Assembly (NCBI GenBank): GCA_041666545.1
Contig: JBAYGS010000001.1
Span: 283,942-341,062, forward strand
Length of the DNA stretch: 57,121 nt
Direction of reading: 5' to 3'
Source: Minisyncoccota bacterium
GTDB taxonomy: Bacteria > Patescibacteriota > Minisyncoccia > Phycocordibacterales > JBAYGS01
Below the pieces are notes generated by a model. The model saw only the letters and a list, made by a program, of their open reading frames with translations, was not told where the DNA came from and searched no databases. The position numbers and the translations under genes are program-made. Below, piece by piece: positions 1-7,831 of the stretch; within the stretch, counting starts at the first letter, position 1, and each line of letters begins with the position of its first letter.

Positions 1-1243
1 GACCCAAAGCTGAAAGAGTTCGCAAGTGCTCGATTTCCGCCAAGATATTTTCCTGTTGCATAAACTGCGACAACTGGTTGGTGGTGAAAAATTCTTTGAG
101 GCGAGCCTGAAGTGGTCGCGGAGAAATAAACTGAATTGGCATTGTAAAATCAGTGTCGACAGTAGACATTCGATCCTGAATGTTTCGTTTCATTTGAGTC
201 ATACCGACTCGGAGTTTCTGTTGCATCAATTCACCAACCAAACGGACTCGGCGGGAACCAAGGTGGTCAATATCATCCTCACGCGCCTCTGGAGTGTTGT
301 TGAGCTTAATGACATTGGAAACCAAAGTCACCACATCATCGAGCGAAATGGTGCGTCTTTCCAATTCTTTTTCATCCATCGATTTGCCAAAACGGTCATT
401 GAAGCGAAATCGGCCGACTTTGGAGATGTCGTATCGGTCGGCGCTAAAAATCGACTTAATGAATTCGCGGGCGTTATCAATTGTCGCCAAATCGCCGTCG
501 CGCAAGCGTTTGTAGATTTCCAAATAGGAGTCATCTCTGGTCTTGGCGTGATCCTTGGCCAGGCTGGTCTCAATCGGCAATTTAGCGTGCTCAACATTGG
601 CAAAAAGAGCCTTAATGTCAGAATCGGTCTCAACACCCAAAATTCGCAGGAGTGAGGTGACGGCAAATTTTCGTTTACGATCGATGCGAACATAGATAGC
701 ACCGTCGGCTTCGGACTCAATTTCAATCCAAGCGCCACGGGCCGGAATGATTTTAGCGCCAAAATATTTTCGGCCACGAATTTCTTGAGCGGTAAAAAAC
801 ATACCGAAAGAACGGGCCAATTGCGGGACAATGACTCGTTCGATGCCGTTGATGATGAAGGTACCGTGCGGGGTCATCAATGGAAAGTCAGCCAAGAAGA
901 TTTCTTGCTCTTTGACCGTGCCCAAGGTTTTGTTCTTGAGCTTGACCATGGCCTTGAGCGGGACTTCGTAGGACATTTTATTATCCTTGGCGAAGTGTTC
1001 GTTGCCTTTTGGCTTGGCCAACTCGAAACTGGTGAAAGACAGCTCAAACTTTTTGTCAGAGTAGTCTTTGATTGGCGAGAACTCGGCAAAAATTTCTTTG
1101 AGGCCTTTCTCGAGCAACCAATCGAATGAGGCGATCTGCGATTCCACAAAGTTTGGGAAATCAATCAACGGCTTTTTAAACCGACTAAAATACTTTTTCG
1201 GACGCTTGCCGTAAGGCACGAAAGACTTGTCTTCTGTTTGCAT
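1..1243 (-). CDS. rpoB: DNA-directed RNA polymerase beta subunit, N-terminal 414 codons; the rest lies beyond the left edge
   Basis: Absent from the ORF track because it runs off the window. Hand translation from ATG 1243-1241 is open to base 1: MQTEDKSFVPYGKRPKKYFSRFKKPLIDFPNFVESQIASFDWLLEKGLKEIF...FPLMTPHGTFIINGIERVIVPQLARS...DIDHLGSRRVRLVGELMQQ. These are typical RpoB N-terminal motifs. Confidence 0.9.
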   Translation of the reverse strand, partial: MQTEDKSFVPYGKRPKKYFSRFKKPLIDFPNFVESQIASFDWLLEKGLKEIFAEFSPIKDYSDKKFELSFTSFELAKPKGNEHFAKDNKMSYEVPLKAMVKLKNKTLGTVKEQEIFLADFPLMTPHGTFIINGIERVIVPQLARSFGMFFTAQEIRGRKYFGAKIIPARGAWIEIESEADGAIYVRIDRKRKFAVTSLLRILGVETDSDIKALFANVEHAKLPIETSLAKDHAKTRDDSYLEIYKRLRDGDLATIDNAREFIKSIFSADRYDISKVGRFRFNDRFGKSMDEKELERRTISLDDVVTLVSNVIKLNNTPEAREDDIDHLGSRRVRLVGELMQQKLRVGMTQMKRNIQDRMSTVDTDFTMPIQFISPRPLQARLKEFFTTNQLSQFMQQENILAEIEHLRTLSALG

Positions 1244-1275
1244 AATAAATTATTAATTAACCCGCTCTAATAATT

Positions 1276-1316
1276 AAAAACAAAAAAGCACCTTTAAATA
1301 AAGGTTCTTTAGGTGC
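1276..1316 (-). terminator. Hairpin plus T-run inside the ~190-nt rpoB leader; possible attenuator
   Basis: On the minus strand, GCACCT(1316-1311)...AGGTGC(1293-1288) is followed by TTTTTTGTTTTT. Confidence 0.35.
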
Positions 1317-1435
1317 GCTTCAAACTATTCTAAGTGAGTAAGCAAGATGCGCTTGATTAAAGGAGTTTTCACCCCTTACTTGATAAGCTTCGCCTCAAAA
1401 GCTCAGTCATAACTCAATCCTGCTTTGATTCGAAG

Positions 1436-1464
1436 AGTATAGCCGACCTATCATTTTTTGTCAA
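1436..1464 (-). promoter_or_regulatory. Sigma70-type promoter for rpoB
   Basis: Minus strand TTGACA (1464-1459), 17-nt spacer, TATACT (1441-1436). Confidence 0.55.
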
Positions 1465-1598
1465 CCTGAGCAACAAGGGCTGTGGATAACCATAATCAGT
1501 ATGGGCATTCAGTATCAAAATGGATAGGTTGCGTATCTAGGATACTCAAGGATTTTCTTTCTCCCTGTCCCCATACCATATACCAAATACTATATACC

Positions 1599-2264
1599 TT
1601 ATACCCCCTTCTTCTTCCACTCCTCAATTTTTGCCCTATGACCGGAAAGCAGAACCTTCGGAACTCTTAATTTCTTACCCTTATATTCCAAAACTTCCGG
1701 ACGAGTATAAACATCGGAACTTGAGACTCGCTCTTCTTCGCGAGAATCGAAATTACCCAAGACTCCCTCAACCTGTCGCGACACGGAATCAATAATCGCC
1801 ATCGCTGGTAATTCCCCACCCGTTAAGACATACGGCCCGATTGAAATTTCCTCAACTTTAAATGCCTTCTTCACCCGAGCATCGATCCCCTCATATCGGC
1901 CACAGATGATTATCAGATGCTTAAATTTGACGAGTTTTTTTGCGGTACCGGTTTCAAACTGTTTCCCGCCCGGACTTAGCCAAATTATTTTAACTTTCTC
2001 AACTATTCGCCTATTCGCGCGAATTAGAGAACAGTTTGATTTGGCTTTTTCAATTGCTTTAATCACAGGGAGAGCTTGAATCACCATGCCAGGGCCACCC
2101 CCATAAGGCGGGCGATCGATGTGCTTAAATTTGTTATCAGAAAAATCGCGTGGATTATAAAATTAAACTTTAATTTTCTTATCCTCAATCGCCCGCTTCA
2201 AAATCGACTCCCCTAAGTAGGAATCGAAAGCATTTGGGAATAAGGTGATGATGTGGAAAGTCAT
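1599..2264 (-). CDS. trmD: tRNA (guanine37-N1)-methyltransferase TrmD, reading frame interrupted by one in-frame TAA (2165-2163)
   Basis: ORF 1599-2087 carries TrmD motifs (ICGRYEGIDARV, GPYVLTGGELPAMAIIDSVSR, YTRPEV). The same frame continues upstream. It reads ATG 2264-2262 MTFHIITLFPNAFDSYLGESILKRAIEDKKIKV, then TAA, then FYNPRDFSDNKFKHIDRPPYGGGPGMV. Confidence 0.85.
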
Positions 2265-2312
2265 AGTGAAAGTATATAGTATAAAGTATCTGGTATATAG
2301 TATAAATGCAAG

Positions 2313-2345
2313 AAAAAAGCCCATCGCGCGCGGCGCGCGATGGGC
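2313..2345 (-). terminator. Intrinsic terminator after ORF 2484-3068
   Basis: 12-bp GC stem GCCCATCGCGCG (2319-2330) / CGCGCGATGGGC (2334-2345). A T-run follows on the minus strand (A-run 2313-2318). Confidence 0.6.
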
Positions 2346-2483
2346 GACTGTCTAAGACTAGATTTTGGCTGGAGCCAAATTTGGGAGAAACTCGGAAGAG
2401 GTCATTTTTTGACCATCTTGGTCAGCAAATTTGAACAGCGCATGGCTGTCCTGCCTTTCAGGGTCGTGCACCAGTTCAAACCC

Positions 2484-3068
2484 CTAGAAACGAAGTGGCC
2501 GGCCAAGGGAGTCCTCACACGGCTTAAGAGTCACCGGATGAATGAGGACATCGTGTCCCAACTTCAACCGCCATTCTTTTCGCGCCATGCGCCCCCTCAC
2601 CGACTCGAGAATCATCTCACCCTTAAGCTCTACACCCCAATTCCCCGCCATGGCAGTAATACCAGCATAATCGCGACCAAAAACCTCGTTGACCGCCTCA
2701 GCGAAAGCTCCAAGGTCGAGTCGATTGGTAGAACCTGGCTTCGTCGCGATCGAACCGCCCTCAAGCGCCAGCGCAACCATACCCCGGCATTCGTCGAAAT
2801 TAGCAGCGAGAGCAATCACCGAATTTTTCGGGATGGCACCAGCATCAATACACAAGTAATACCAATCATTAAAGAAGAACAGGCCCTTCAAATTGTCCTC
2901 TCCACCAACCAGACTAAAACCTCCGGTTAGCATGATGAGCGGCTGAAAAACTTTTGGGTCAACCTTGTCCTTGATTTGGTCAAAGAGATACAGGACATCG
3001 GCGGTAGTCGCGATTGACCAGGCACGACCATAAAGCACTTCCTTTATGACATTAGCTTGAATTGACAC
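2484..3068 (-). CDS. Hypothetical protein (GC-rich insert)
   Basis: 194-aa ORF with GTG start 3068, preceded by AAAGGA, and with its own terminator. No family recognised. Confidence 0.55.
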   Translation of the reverse strand: MSIQANVIKEVLYGRAWSIATTADVLYLFDQIKDKVDPKVFQPLIMLTGGFSLVGGEDNLKGLFFFNDWYYLCIDAGAIPKNSVIALAANFDECRGMVALALEGGSIATKPGSTNRLDLGAFAEAVNEVFGRDYAGITAMAGNWGVELKGEMILESVRGRMARKEWRLKLGHDVLIHPVTLKPCEDSLGRPLRF

Positions 3069-3126
3069 AACAATCCTTTGGTTAAGGTTTCTAAACTTAA
3101 GATACGCTTGTTCATTTTTTTGTCAA

Positions 3127-3164
3127 CAAAAAGGCCCGAGTTTCGCAGGAGCGAAACTCGGGCC
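3127..3164 (-). terminator. Intrinsic terminator after ORF 3177-3614
   Basis: 14-bp stem GGCCCGAGTTTCGC (3133-3146) / GCGAAACTCGGGCC (3151-3164), then a T-run on the minus strand. Confidence 0.6.
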
Positions 3165-3176
3165 TGATGGGAAGGC

Positions 3177-3614
3177 TCACAAGGGCAAGATAAAATCGAG
3201 CCCCTCTTGCTTGAATTTGAAATGCTTCGGAAACCAGCTATCATTCGGATTGGCAACAAACGGCACATGCGCCACACCGAAGCCGCTCTCCTTAGAATAC
3301 CAGATCGCTTTCTCGATCAGCACCTTGAAAATTTTGAGAGCAAGAGCGTCGCGCTTAATCCAGTTGAGCGTCATCGTGTCATGAAGCGTGACAAACTTGC
3401 GGCGCAACATCGAAACCTCGGACAGAAAAATTATCCCGACGATTCGACCGCGAATGTCCCTAGCAACGATAGCAGTGTTATCCTCAAACAAGGCCTCAAT
3501 CTCTTCGCTTTTGATATCCGCGCCAGCATAATGCCGGCGGTACAGGCCCAAAATAGCTCTGGCATCCGCCTCAATTGTCGGCTCCGAATAAAATATCTCG
3601 GCAGTCAATTTCAT
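3177..3614 (-). CDS. Hypothetical protein, possibly acetyltransferase-like fold (weak)
   Basis: ORF-track entry 3177-3677. ATG 3614 is preferred because GAAAGG lies 8 nt upstream. The product call is tentative. Confidence 0.55.
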   Translation of the reverse strand: MKLTAEIFYSEPTIEADARAILGLYRRHYAGADIKSEEIEALFEDNTAIVARDIRGRIVGIIFLSEVSMLRRKFVTLHDTMTLNWIKRDALALKIFKVLIEKAIWYSKESGFGVAHVPFVANPNDSWFPKHFKFKQEGLDFILPL

Positions 3615-3646
3615 ATGAATAACCTTTCGCTTGGAGTTCTTTTTTA

Positions 3647-3674
3647 AATATACACATATTTTAAACTTTGTCAA
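3647..3674 (-). promoter_or_regulatory. Promoter for ORF 3177-3614
   Basis: Minus strand TTGACA (3674-3669), 16-nt spacer, TATATT (3652-3647). Confidence 0.5.
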
Positions 3675-3737
3675 CACAAAATCGCCTTCCCCTCACCGCC
3701 GACTTTCTAGTCGGCGGAATTTTTGTATTTATTTGTC

Positions 3738-3773
3738 ATAAACCAATATACGCCATGGCGTATATTGGTTTAT
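3738..3773. repeat. Perfect 36-bp palindrome centred on CCATGG
   Basis: ATAAACCAATATACGCCA|TGGCGTATATTGGTTTAT, read directly. Confidence 0.85.
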
Positions 3774-3776
3774 TAA

Positions 3777-3807
3777 AAAATTTAGCCGGCCCATGATGGA
3801 CCGGCTA
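3777..3807 (-). terminator. Terminator after dapB
   Basis: Hairpin TAGCCGG (3783-3789) / CCGGCTA (3801-3807), followed by AAATTTTTT on the minus strand. Confidence 0.5.
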
Positions 3808-3834
3808 CTTTGTCTTCAAAAAACCGAACTGGAA

Positions 3835-4626
3835 CTAGGTAAGACCAAGGACATCTTGCATGCTGTACACACCAGGATCTTTGCCCTTGACCCACGACGC
3901 CGCGATGAGCGCCCCGTTGGCAAACGCTTCACGGCTTGAGGCCCGGTGAGTCAGCTCAACACGCTCGCCGTCACCGGCAAAGATGACGTTGTGATCACCG
4001 AAGACGTCACCGCCACGCAGAGAGTGAACGCAGACTTGACTTGAATCACGAATGTCAGTCTGGCCTTTCGAACGACCATGAATCACGGTCGCCGCGCCAC
4101 GCTGACGAGGATGAACCATCTGCTCAAGCTGCTGATTGCGAACATGGGCCAGGATATCGGCAATAGTCTGCGCTGTTCCACTTGGTGAATCCTTCTTCTG
4201 CCGGTGATGCATTTCAACAACTTCAAGATCATAGTCCGGCCCAAGCCGCATCGCCGCCTGACGCGCCAACCAGAACAAAAGATTCGCACCGAGGCTGAAG
4301 TTAGTGGTGAGCACGATCGGTATCACGCCAGAGCAATCTTTAACAACCCTTAGCTCTTCTGGTGTATAACCAGTGGTACCAATCACCATGGCTTTGCCGA
4401 AACCGGCACAGCGCCTGGCAAGATCGGGCGTGACGTGATGCACACTGAAGTCGATAATCACATCAGCCTGGTCAGGATGCACTAACGGCTCAGTACAAAC
4501 CTGTTCATCCCATCCTCCGATGATTTTGATACCGGGAAATTTCGAGGCGCATGCGAACAGCATTTGACCCGTCTTTCCCTTGTATCCATTCACGATGGCC
4601 CGAACTTTTTCATTTTTAGTATTCAT
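3835..4626 (-). CDS. dapB: 4-hydroxy-tetrahydrodipicolinate reductase
   Basis: VIIDFS..., MVIGTTGYTPEEL, EVVEMHHRQKKDSPSGTA and ERVELTHRASSREAFANGAL match DapB signatures. GGAG lies 9 nt before the ATG. Confidence 0.9.
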   Translation of the reverse strand: MNTKNEKVRAIVNGYKGKTGQMLFACASKFPGIKIIGGWDEQVCTEPLVHPDQADVIIDFSVHHVTPDLARRCAGFGKAMVIGTTGYTPEELRVVKDCSGVIPIVLTTNFSLGANLLFWLARQAAMRLGPDYDLEVVEMHHRQKKDSPSGTAQTIADILAHVRNQQLEQMVHPRQRGAATVIHGRSKGQTDIRDSSQVCVHSLRGGDVFGDHNVIFAGDGERVELTHRASSREAFANGALIAASWVKGKDPGVYSMQDVLGLT

Positions 4627-4680
4627 TCGTCAGTCTCCGTTGTTTTGTTTTTTCCTGTTTGGCTCTACTTTCTATATCCA

Positions 4681-4709
4681 ATACTACACACGGTCGTTTC
4701 AATGTCAAT
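4681..4709 (-). promoter_or_regulatory. Promoter for dapB
   Basis: Minus strand TTGACA (4709-4704), 17-nt spacer, TAGTAT (4686-4681). Confidence 0.5.
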
Positions 4710-4747
4710 AAAATATAGTCCCCCAGGACCGAGCCATATGAATAACA

Positions 4748-4774
4748 CAAAAAACTGCCTCTCGGCAGTTTTTT
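4748..4774 (-). terminator. Terminator after the KH-domain gene (A/T runs on both sides)
   Basis: AAAAAA CTGCC TCTC GGCAG TTTTTT. Confidence 0.6.
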
Positions 4775-4817
4775 GCTTCACGACTCCTGAATCCAAATTC
4801 TTGAATCGTGAATCTAT

Positions 4818-5132
4818 TTAGATCTTGAGGTCATCCATCGCCTCGTCGACAGTCTTCGTAGTCTTTGGGACATGAGTACTGCCTTCCGGCTCGTTGATTT
4901 TCAGATTAACTCGAGAGTTATTCTTCATACCAACTACACGAAGCAGGGTGCGGATCGCTTTGGCGGTGTTTCCCATCCGGCCAATGATCTTACCCATATC
5001 TTCTGGATTGACTGAGAGAGTGAGAAGCACTCCCATCTCATCTACGGTTCGAGCAATCTTGACATCGTTCGGATTGTCGACCAATCCTTTAACAACATAC
5101 TCAAGAAACTGAACATCTTGTTCTGTAGACAT
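4818..5132 (-). CDS. KH-domain RNA-binding protein (YlqC/UPF0109-like)
   Basis: DMGKIIGRMGNTAKAIRTLL is a KH GXXG motif. The gene sits next to rpsP, as in many bacteria. Confidence 0.85.
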   Translation of the reverse strand: MSTEQDVQFLEYVVKGLVDNPNDVKIARTVDEMGVLLTLSVNPEDMGKIIGRMGNTAKAIRTLLRVVGMKNNSRVNLKINEPEGSTHVPKTTKTVDEAMDDLKI

Positions 5133-5195
5133 TTCAATCGTGCGTTTATTTCTGTTAAGTCTGCAGTAAACGACCGTTTCGGTACTGCTCGCTGA

Positions 5196-5224
5196 ATTAT
5201 ATACTATTTCTATGAAAAATGCAA
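5196..5224 (-). promoter_or_regulatory. Consensus promoter for the KH gene
   Basis: Minus strand TTGCAT (5224-5219), 17-nt spacer, TATAAT (5201-5196). Confidence 0.6.
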
Positions 5225-5289
5225 GGGGTGTCTGTGTATAACAAAAACACCATTTTAGGGTGTTTTTGGGGATCTTTAGTTTAAGTGAT

Positions 5290-5676
5290 TTAGACAGTCG
5301 GAGCTTCGGCTTTGACCTCGCTCGGGGCTGGAGTGACTCCGGCTGGTGGTACAGCTTTCTTTTCGACTGGTTTCTCTTCTTTTACAATCGGCTTTTTCTT
5401 TGGCAAAACATTAATTTTCTTGCCTTGAATAACTTTGGCCGAGATTAACATATTATGAACCGTATCAGAAACTTGAGCACCCTTGGAAATCCAGTGCTTA
5501 ATTCTTTCAGTATCAAGTCGGTTATTACCCTTGTTGCCTTTGGCCTCCCGCGGATCATAAGCGCCGACAACCTCTAGGGCCTTGCCGCTTTTTGGACCAT
5601 TTTTGGAATCAGTGACGACAATTCGGAAAGTCGGTTCATTGCGTCGTCCCACTCGCTGTAGTCTTATAATTAACAT
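5290..5676 (-). CDS. rpsP: 30S ribosomal protein S16 with a Lys/Pro/Glu-rich C-terminal tail
   Basis: MLIIRLQRVGRRNEPTFRIVVTDS...VGAYDP. Confidence 0.95.
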   Translation of the reverse strand: MLIIRLQRVGRRNEPTFRIVVTDSKNGPKSGKALEVVGAYDPREAKGNKGNNRLDTERIKHWISKGAQVSDTVHNMLISAKVIQGKKINVLPKKKPIVKEEKPVEKKAVPPAGVTPAPSEVKAEAPTV

Positions 5677-5685
5677 TGTCCGGCT

Positions 5686-5714
5686 ATGCTAACAAAAAGC
5701 CATTTAAAATGCAA
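5686..5714 (-). promoter_or_regulatory. Leaderless-type promoter of rpsP
   Basis: TTGCAT (5714-5709), 17-nt spacer, TAGCAT (5691-5686), then 9 nt to ATG 5676. Confidence 0.55.
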
Positions 5715-5824
5715 ACTGGCCTGAAACTTGAAGTTTAAAACTTGAAACATGGGAGCTCTCGGTTCATCGCCTACTGCCTCAAGCTTCATGTTTCATGTTT
5801 CATTTTCTATGTTAGAATGCCTAA

Positions 5825-7792
5825 ATGTCAAAATACCCCAAATCTGACTATTCCAAGCCAAAATCCCACAAAACCGAGACTCTGACGGGCATAATCCACC
5901 TCACCAGCAAAGCCGTCGGCTATGTGACAACCGAAAAATATCCCGAGGATGATATCGAAATCGCCCCGGAAAATCTGGCCACCGCGCTTCATGGCGACGA
6001 GGTGACAGTCGGCGGAATTTACAAAAACCCCAAAGGCCGAAAAGCTGGCCGCGTTATTGGCATCAACAAACGGGCCAAGAGTCGGTTCGTTGGAACACTC
6101 GAAACTACCAAGGGTGGTTTTTTCCTGCTCCCCGACGACAAGAAAATGTACGCGGATATTTTTGTCCCCCAAAAATCCGGCGCCGAGAGTGGCCTCAAGG
6201 CCTTAGTCGAGATTCAAAACTGGCCGGAGAAAAGCAAGCACCCAGAAGGTCAAATTATAGAAATCATCGGCAAGAAGGGCGACAACGACACCGAAATGCA
6301 CTCGATTGTAATGGAGCGTGGTTTTCGAATTGGCTTTTCACCTGAAGTTGAAGCTGAAGCTAAGTTGATTAAAGGTCAGGAAATGCCAATCAGTCCGGCC
6401 GAGATTGCCACCAGAAAAGATTTCCGAAATACCTTAACTTTTACCATCGACCCGGCCGACGCGAAAGATTTTGACGACGCCGTTTCCTTCAAAAATCTTG
6501 GGGGCGGCAAGTACGAAATCGGCGTGCATATTGCCGATGTCTCCCACTTCGTGCGCGAGGGTTCCAAACTTGATCGCGAGGCCATCAAGCGCGGTTTTTC
6601 GATTTACCTCGTCGACCGAACCATTCCCATGCTCCCGGAAATTCTCTCCAACGATTTGTGCAGTCTAAATCCCAAGGAAGACAAGCTCGCCTTCGGCGCA
6701 GTCTTCGTGATTGACGATAAGGCCAGAATTACTGAAAAATGGTTTGGCAAGACAATTATCAATTCTGACAAACGCTTCACTTATGAAGAAGCTCAGGAGA
6801 CAATCGATGGTAAGAAAACTGATTATCGTGAAGAACTTTTGACCTTAAACCGTCTTGGCAAAATTATGCGCGAGGAAAAATTTCGAAAGGGCGCGATTGA
6901 TTTTGAACAGGACGAAGTTAAATTTGAATTGGACAAAACCGGCAAGCCGATTCGAATTTACAAAAAGCAGCGCCTGGATGCCCACAAGCTGGTTGAAGAA
7001 TTTATGCTCCTCGCCAACAAAGAAGTCGCCGAGCTGATTTATCGCGCGCAGGAAAACCGGAAAACCGAGGGCGCCTTTTTGTACCGCATTCACGATGTAC
7101 CGGACCGCGAGAAAGTGGCCGATTTGCAGGTATTTCTCCGCGCTTTAGGCTATGACCTACCGGTCGGCAAAGGTGGCAAAGTGAGCGCCAGAGACTTACA
7201 AGCCATTCTCAATCAGAGCGTGGGCAAAGCTGAAGAGGCCATGATTCGGGGCGCCGCTGTTCGCTCCATGGCCAAAGCTATCTACTCCACCAAGAATATC
7301 GGCCACTTCGGCTTAGCTTTTGAATACTACGCTCACTTCACTTCCCCAATCCGTCGTTATGCTGACCTCATGGTTCACCGCGTGCTTTTTGCCAACCTGA
7401 CCCGCCGGCCTTTACCAAAGGAGACTTGGACCCAGTACGAAAAAATTGCCGAAACTATCACCGAACAAGAAATCAACATCGCCGGAGCGGAGCGGGATTC
7501 AATCAAATACAAACAGGTGCAATTTATGCAGGAGCAAATCGGTAAAGAATTTGCCGGCGTCATTTCCGGAGTCACTGAATGGGGTATCTATGTGGAGGAG
7601 GTAAACACTCGGGCCGAAGGTATGATTAAGATTCGTGATCTTGGCGACGACTACTACAATTTGGATGAAAAAAATTACGCTTTGGTCGGCGAAAAAACGA
7701 AAAAAAGATTCAGCTTGGGCGATAAGGTCAAGTTCAAAATTGTCGGCGCCGATTTGGAGAGAAAAACTTTGGATTTCCAGTTGATTAAGTAA
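5825..7792 (+). CDS. rnr: Ribonuclease R (RNB exoribonuclease with C-terminal S1 domain)
   Basis: The RNB motifs DPADAKDFDDAVS, YLVDRTIPMLP and HFGLAFEYYAHFTSPIRRYADLMVHR are present. The C-terminal S1-like segment contains GVISGVTEWGIYVE. Confidence 0.9.
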   Translation: MSKYPKSDYSKPKSHKTETLTGIIHLTSKAVGYVTTEKYPEDDIEIAPENLATALHGDEVTVGGIYKNPKGRKAGRVIGINKRAKSRFVGTLETTKGGFFLLPDDKKMYADIFVPQKSGAESGLKALVEIQNWPEKSKHPEGQIIEIIGKKGDNDTEMHSIVMERGFRIGFSPEVEAEAKLIKGQEMPISPAEIATRKDFRNTLTFTIDPADAKDFDDAVSFKNLGGGKYEIGVHIADVSHFVREGSKLDREAIKRGFSIYLVDRTIPMLPEILSNDLCSLNPKEDKLAFGAVFVIDDKARITEKWFGKTIINSDKRFTYEEAQETIDGKKTDYREELLTLNRLGKIMREEKFRKGAIDFEQDEVKFELDKTGKPIRIYKKQRLDAHKLVEEFMLLANKEVAELIYRAQENRKTEGAFLYRIHDVPDREKVADLQVFLRALGYDLPVGKGGKVSARDLQAILNQSVGKAEEAMIRGAAVRSMAKAIYSTKNIGHFGLAFEYYAHFTSPIRRYADLMVHRVLFANLTRRPLPKETWTQYEKIAETITEQEINIAGAERDSIKYKQVQFMQEQIGKEFAGVISGVTEWGIYVEEVNTRAEGMIKIRDLGDDYYNLDEKNYALVGEKTKKRFSLGDKVKFKIVGADLERKTLDFQLIK

Positions 7793-7799
7793 TTTAAAA

Positions 7800-7824
7800 G
7801 GCCCGCGCATCGGATGCGCGGGCC
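7800..7824. terminator. GC hairpin between convergent rnr and ORF 7832-8398
   Basis: GGCCCGCGCATC (7800-7811) / GATGCGCGGGCC (7813-7824). The T-runs are weak. Confidence 0.45.
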
Positions 7825-7831
7825 GCTTGCT

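Noticed and set aside
26-1164. Five ORF-track entries (26-655 +, 294-515 +, 328-831 -, 785-1129 +, 877-1164 -) as genes.
   Set aside because: All lie inside the rpoB reading frame (1-1243, minus). rpoB gives unmistakable RpoB sequence and is only missing from the track because it runs off the window. The listed ORFs are out-of-frame or antisense shadows with no start signals.
2340-2930. 196-aa plus-strand ORF as the real gene instead of minus ORF 2484-3068. The same question applies to 3207-3647 + versus 3177-3614 -.
   Set aside because: The plus ATG at 2340 lies inside the terminator hairpin and has no SD. The minus ORFs have SD, promoter and terminator in register, and more protein-like composition.
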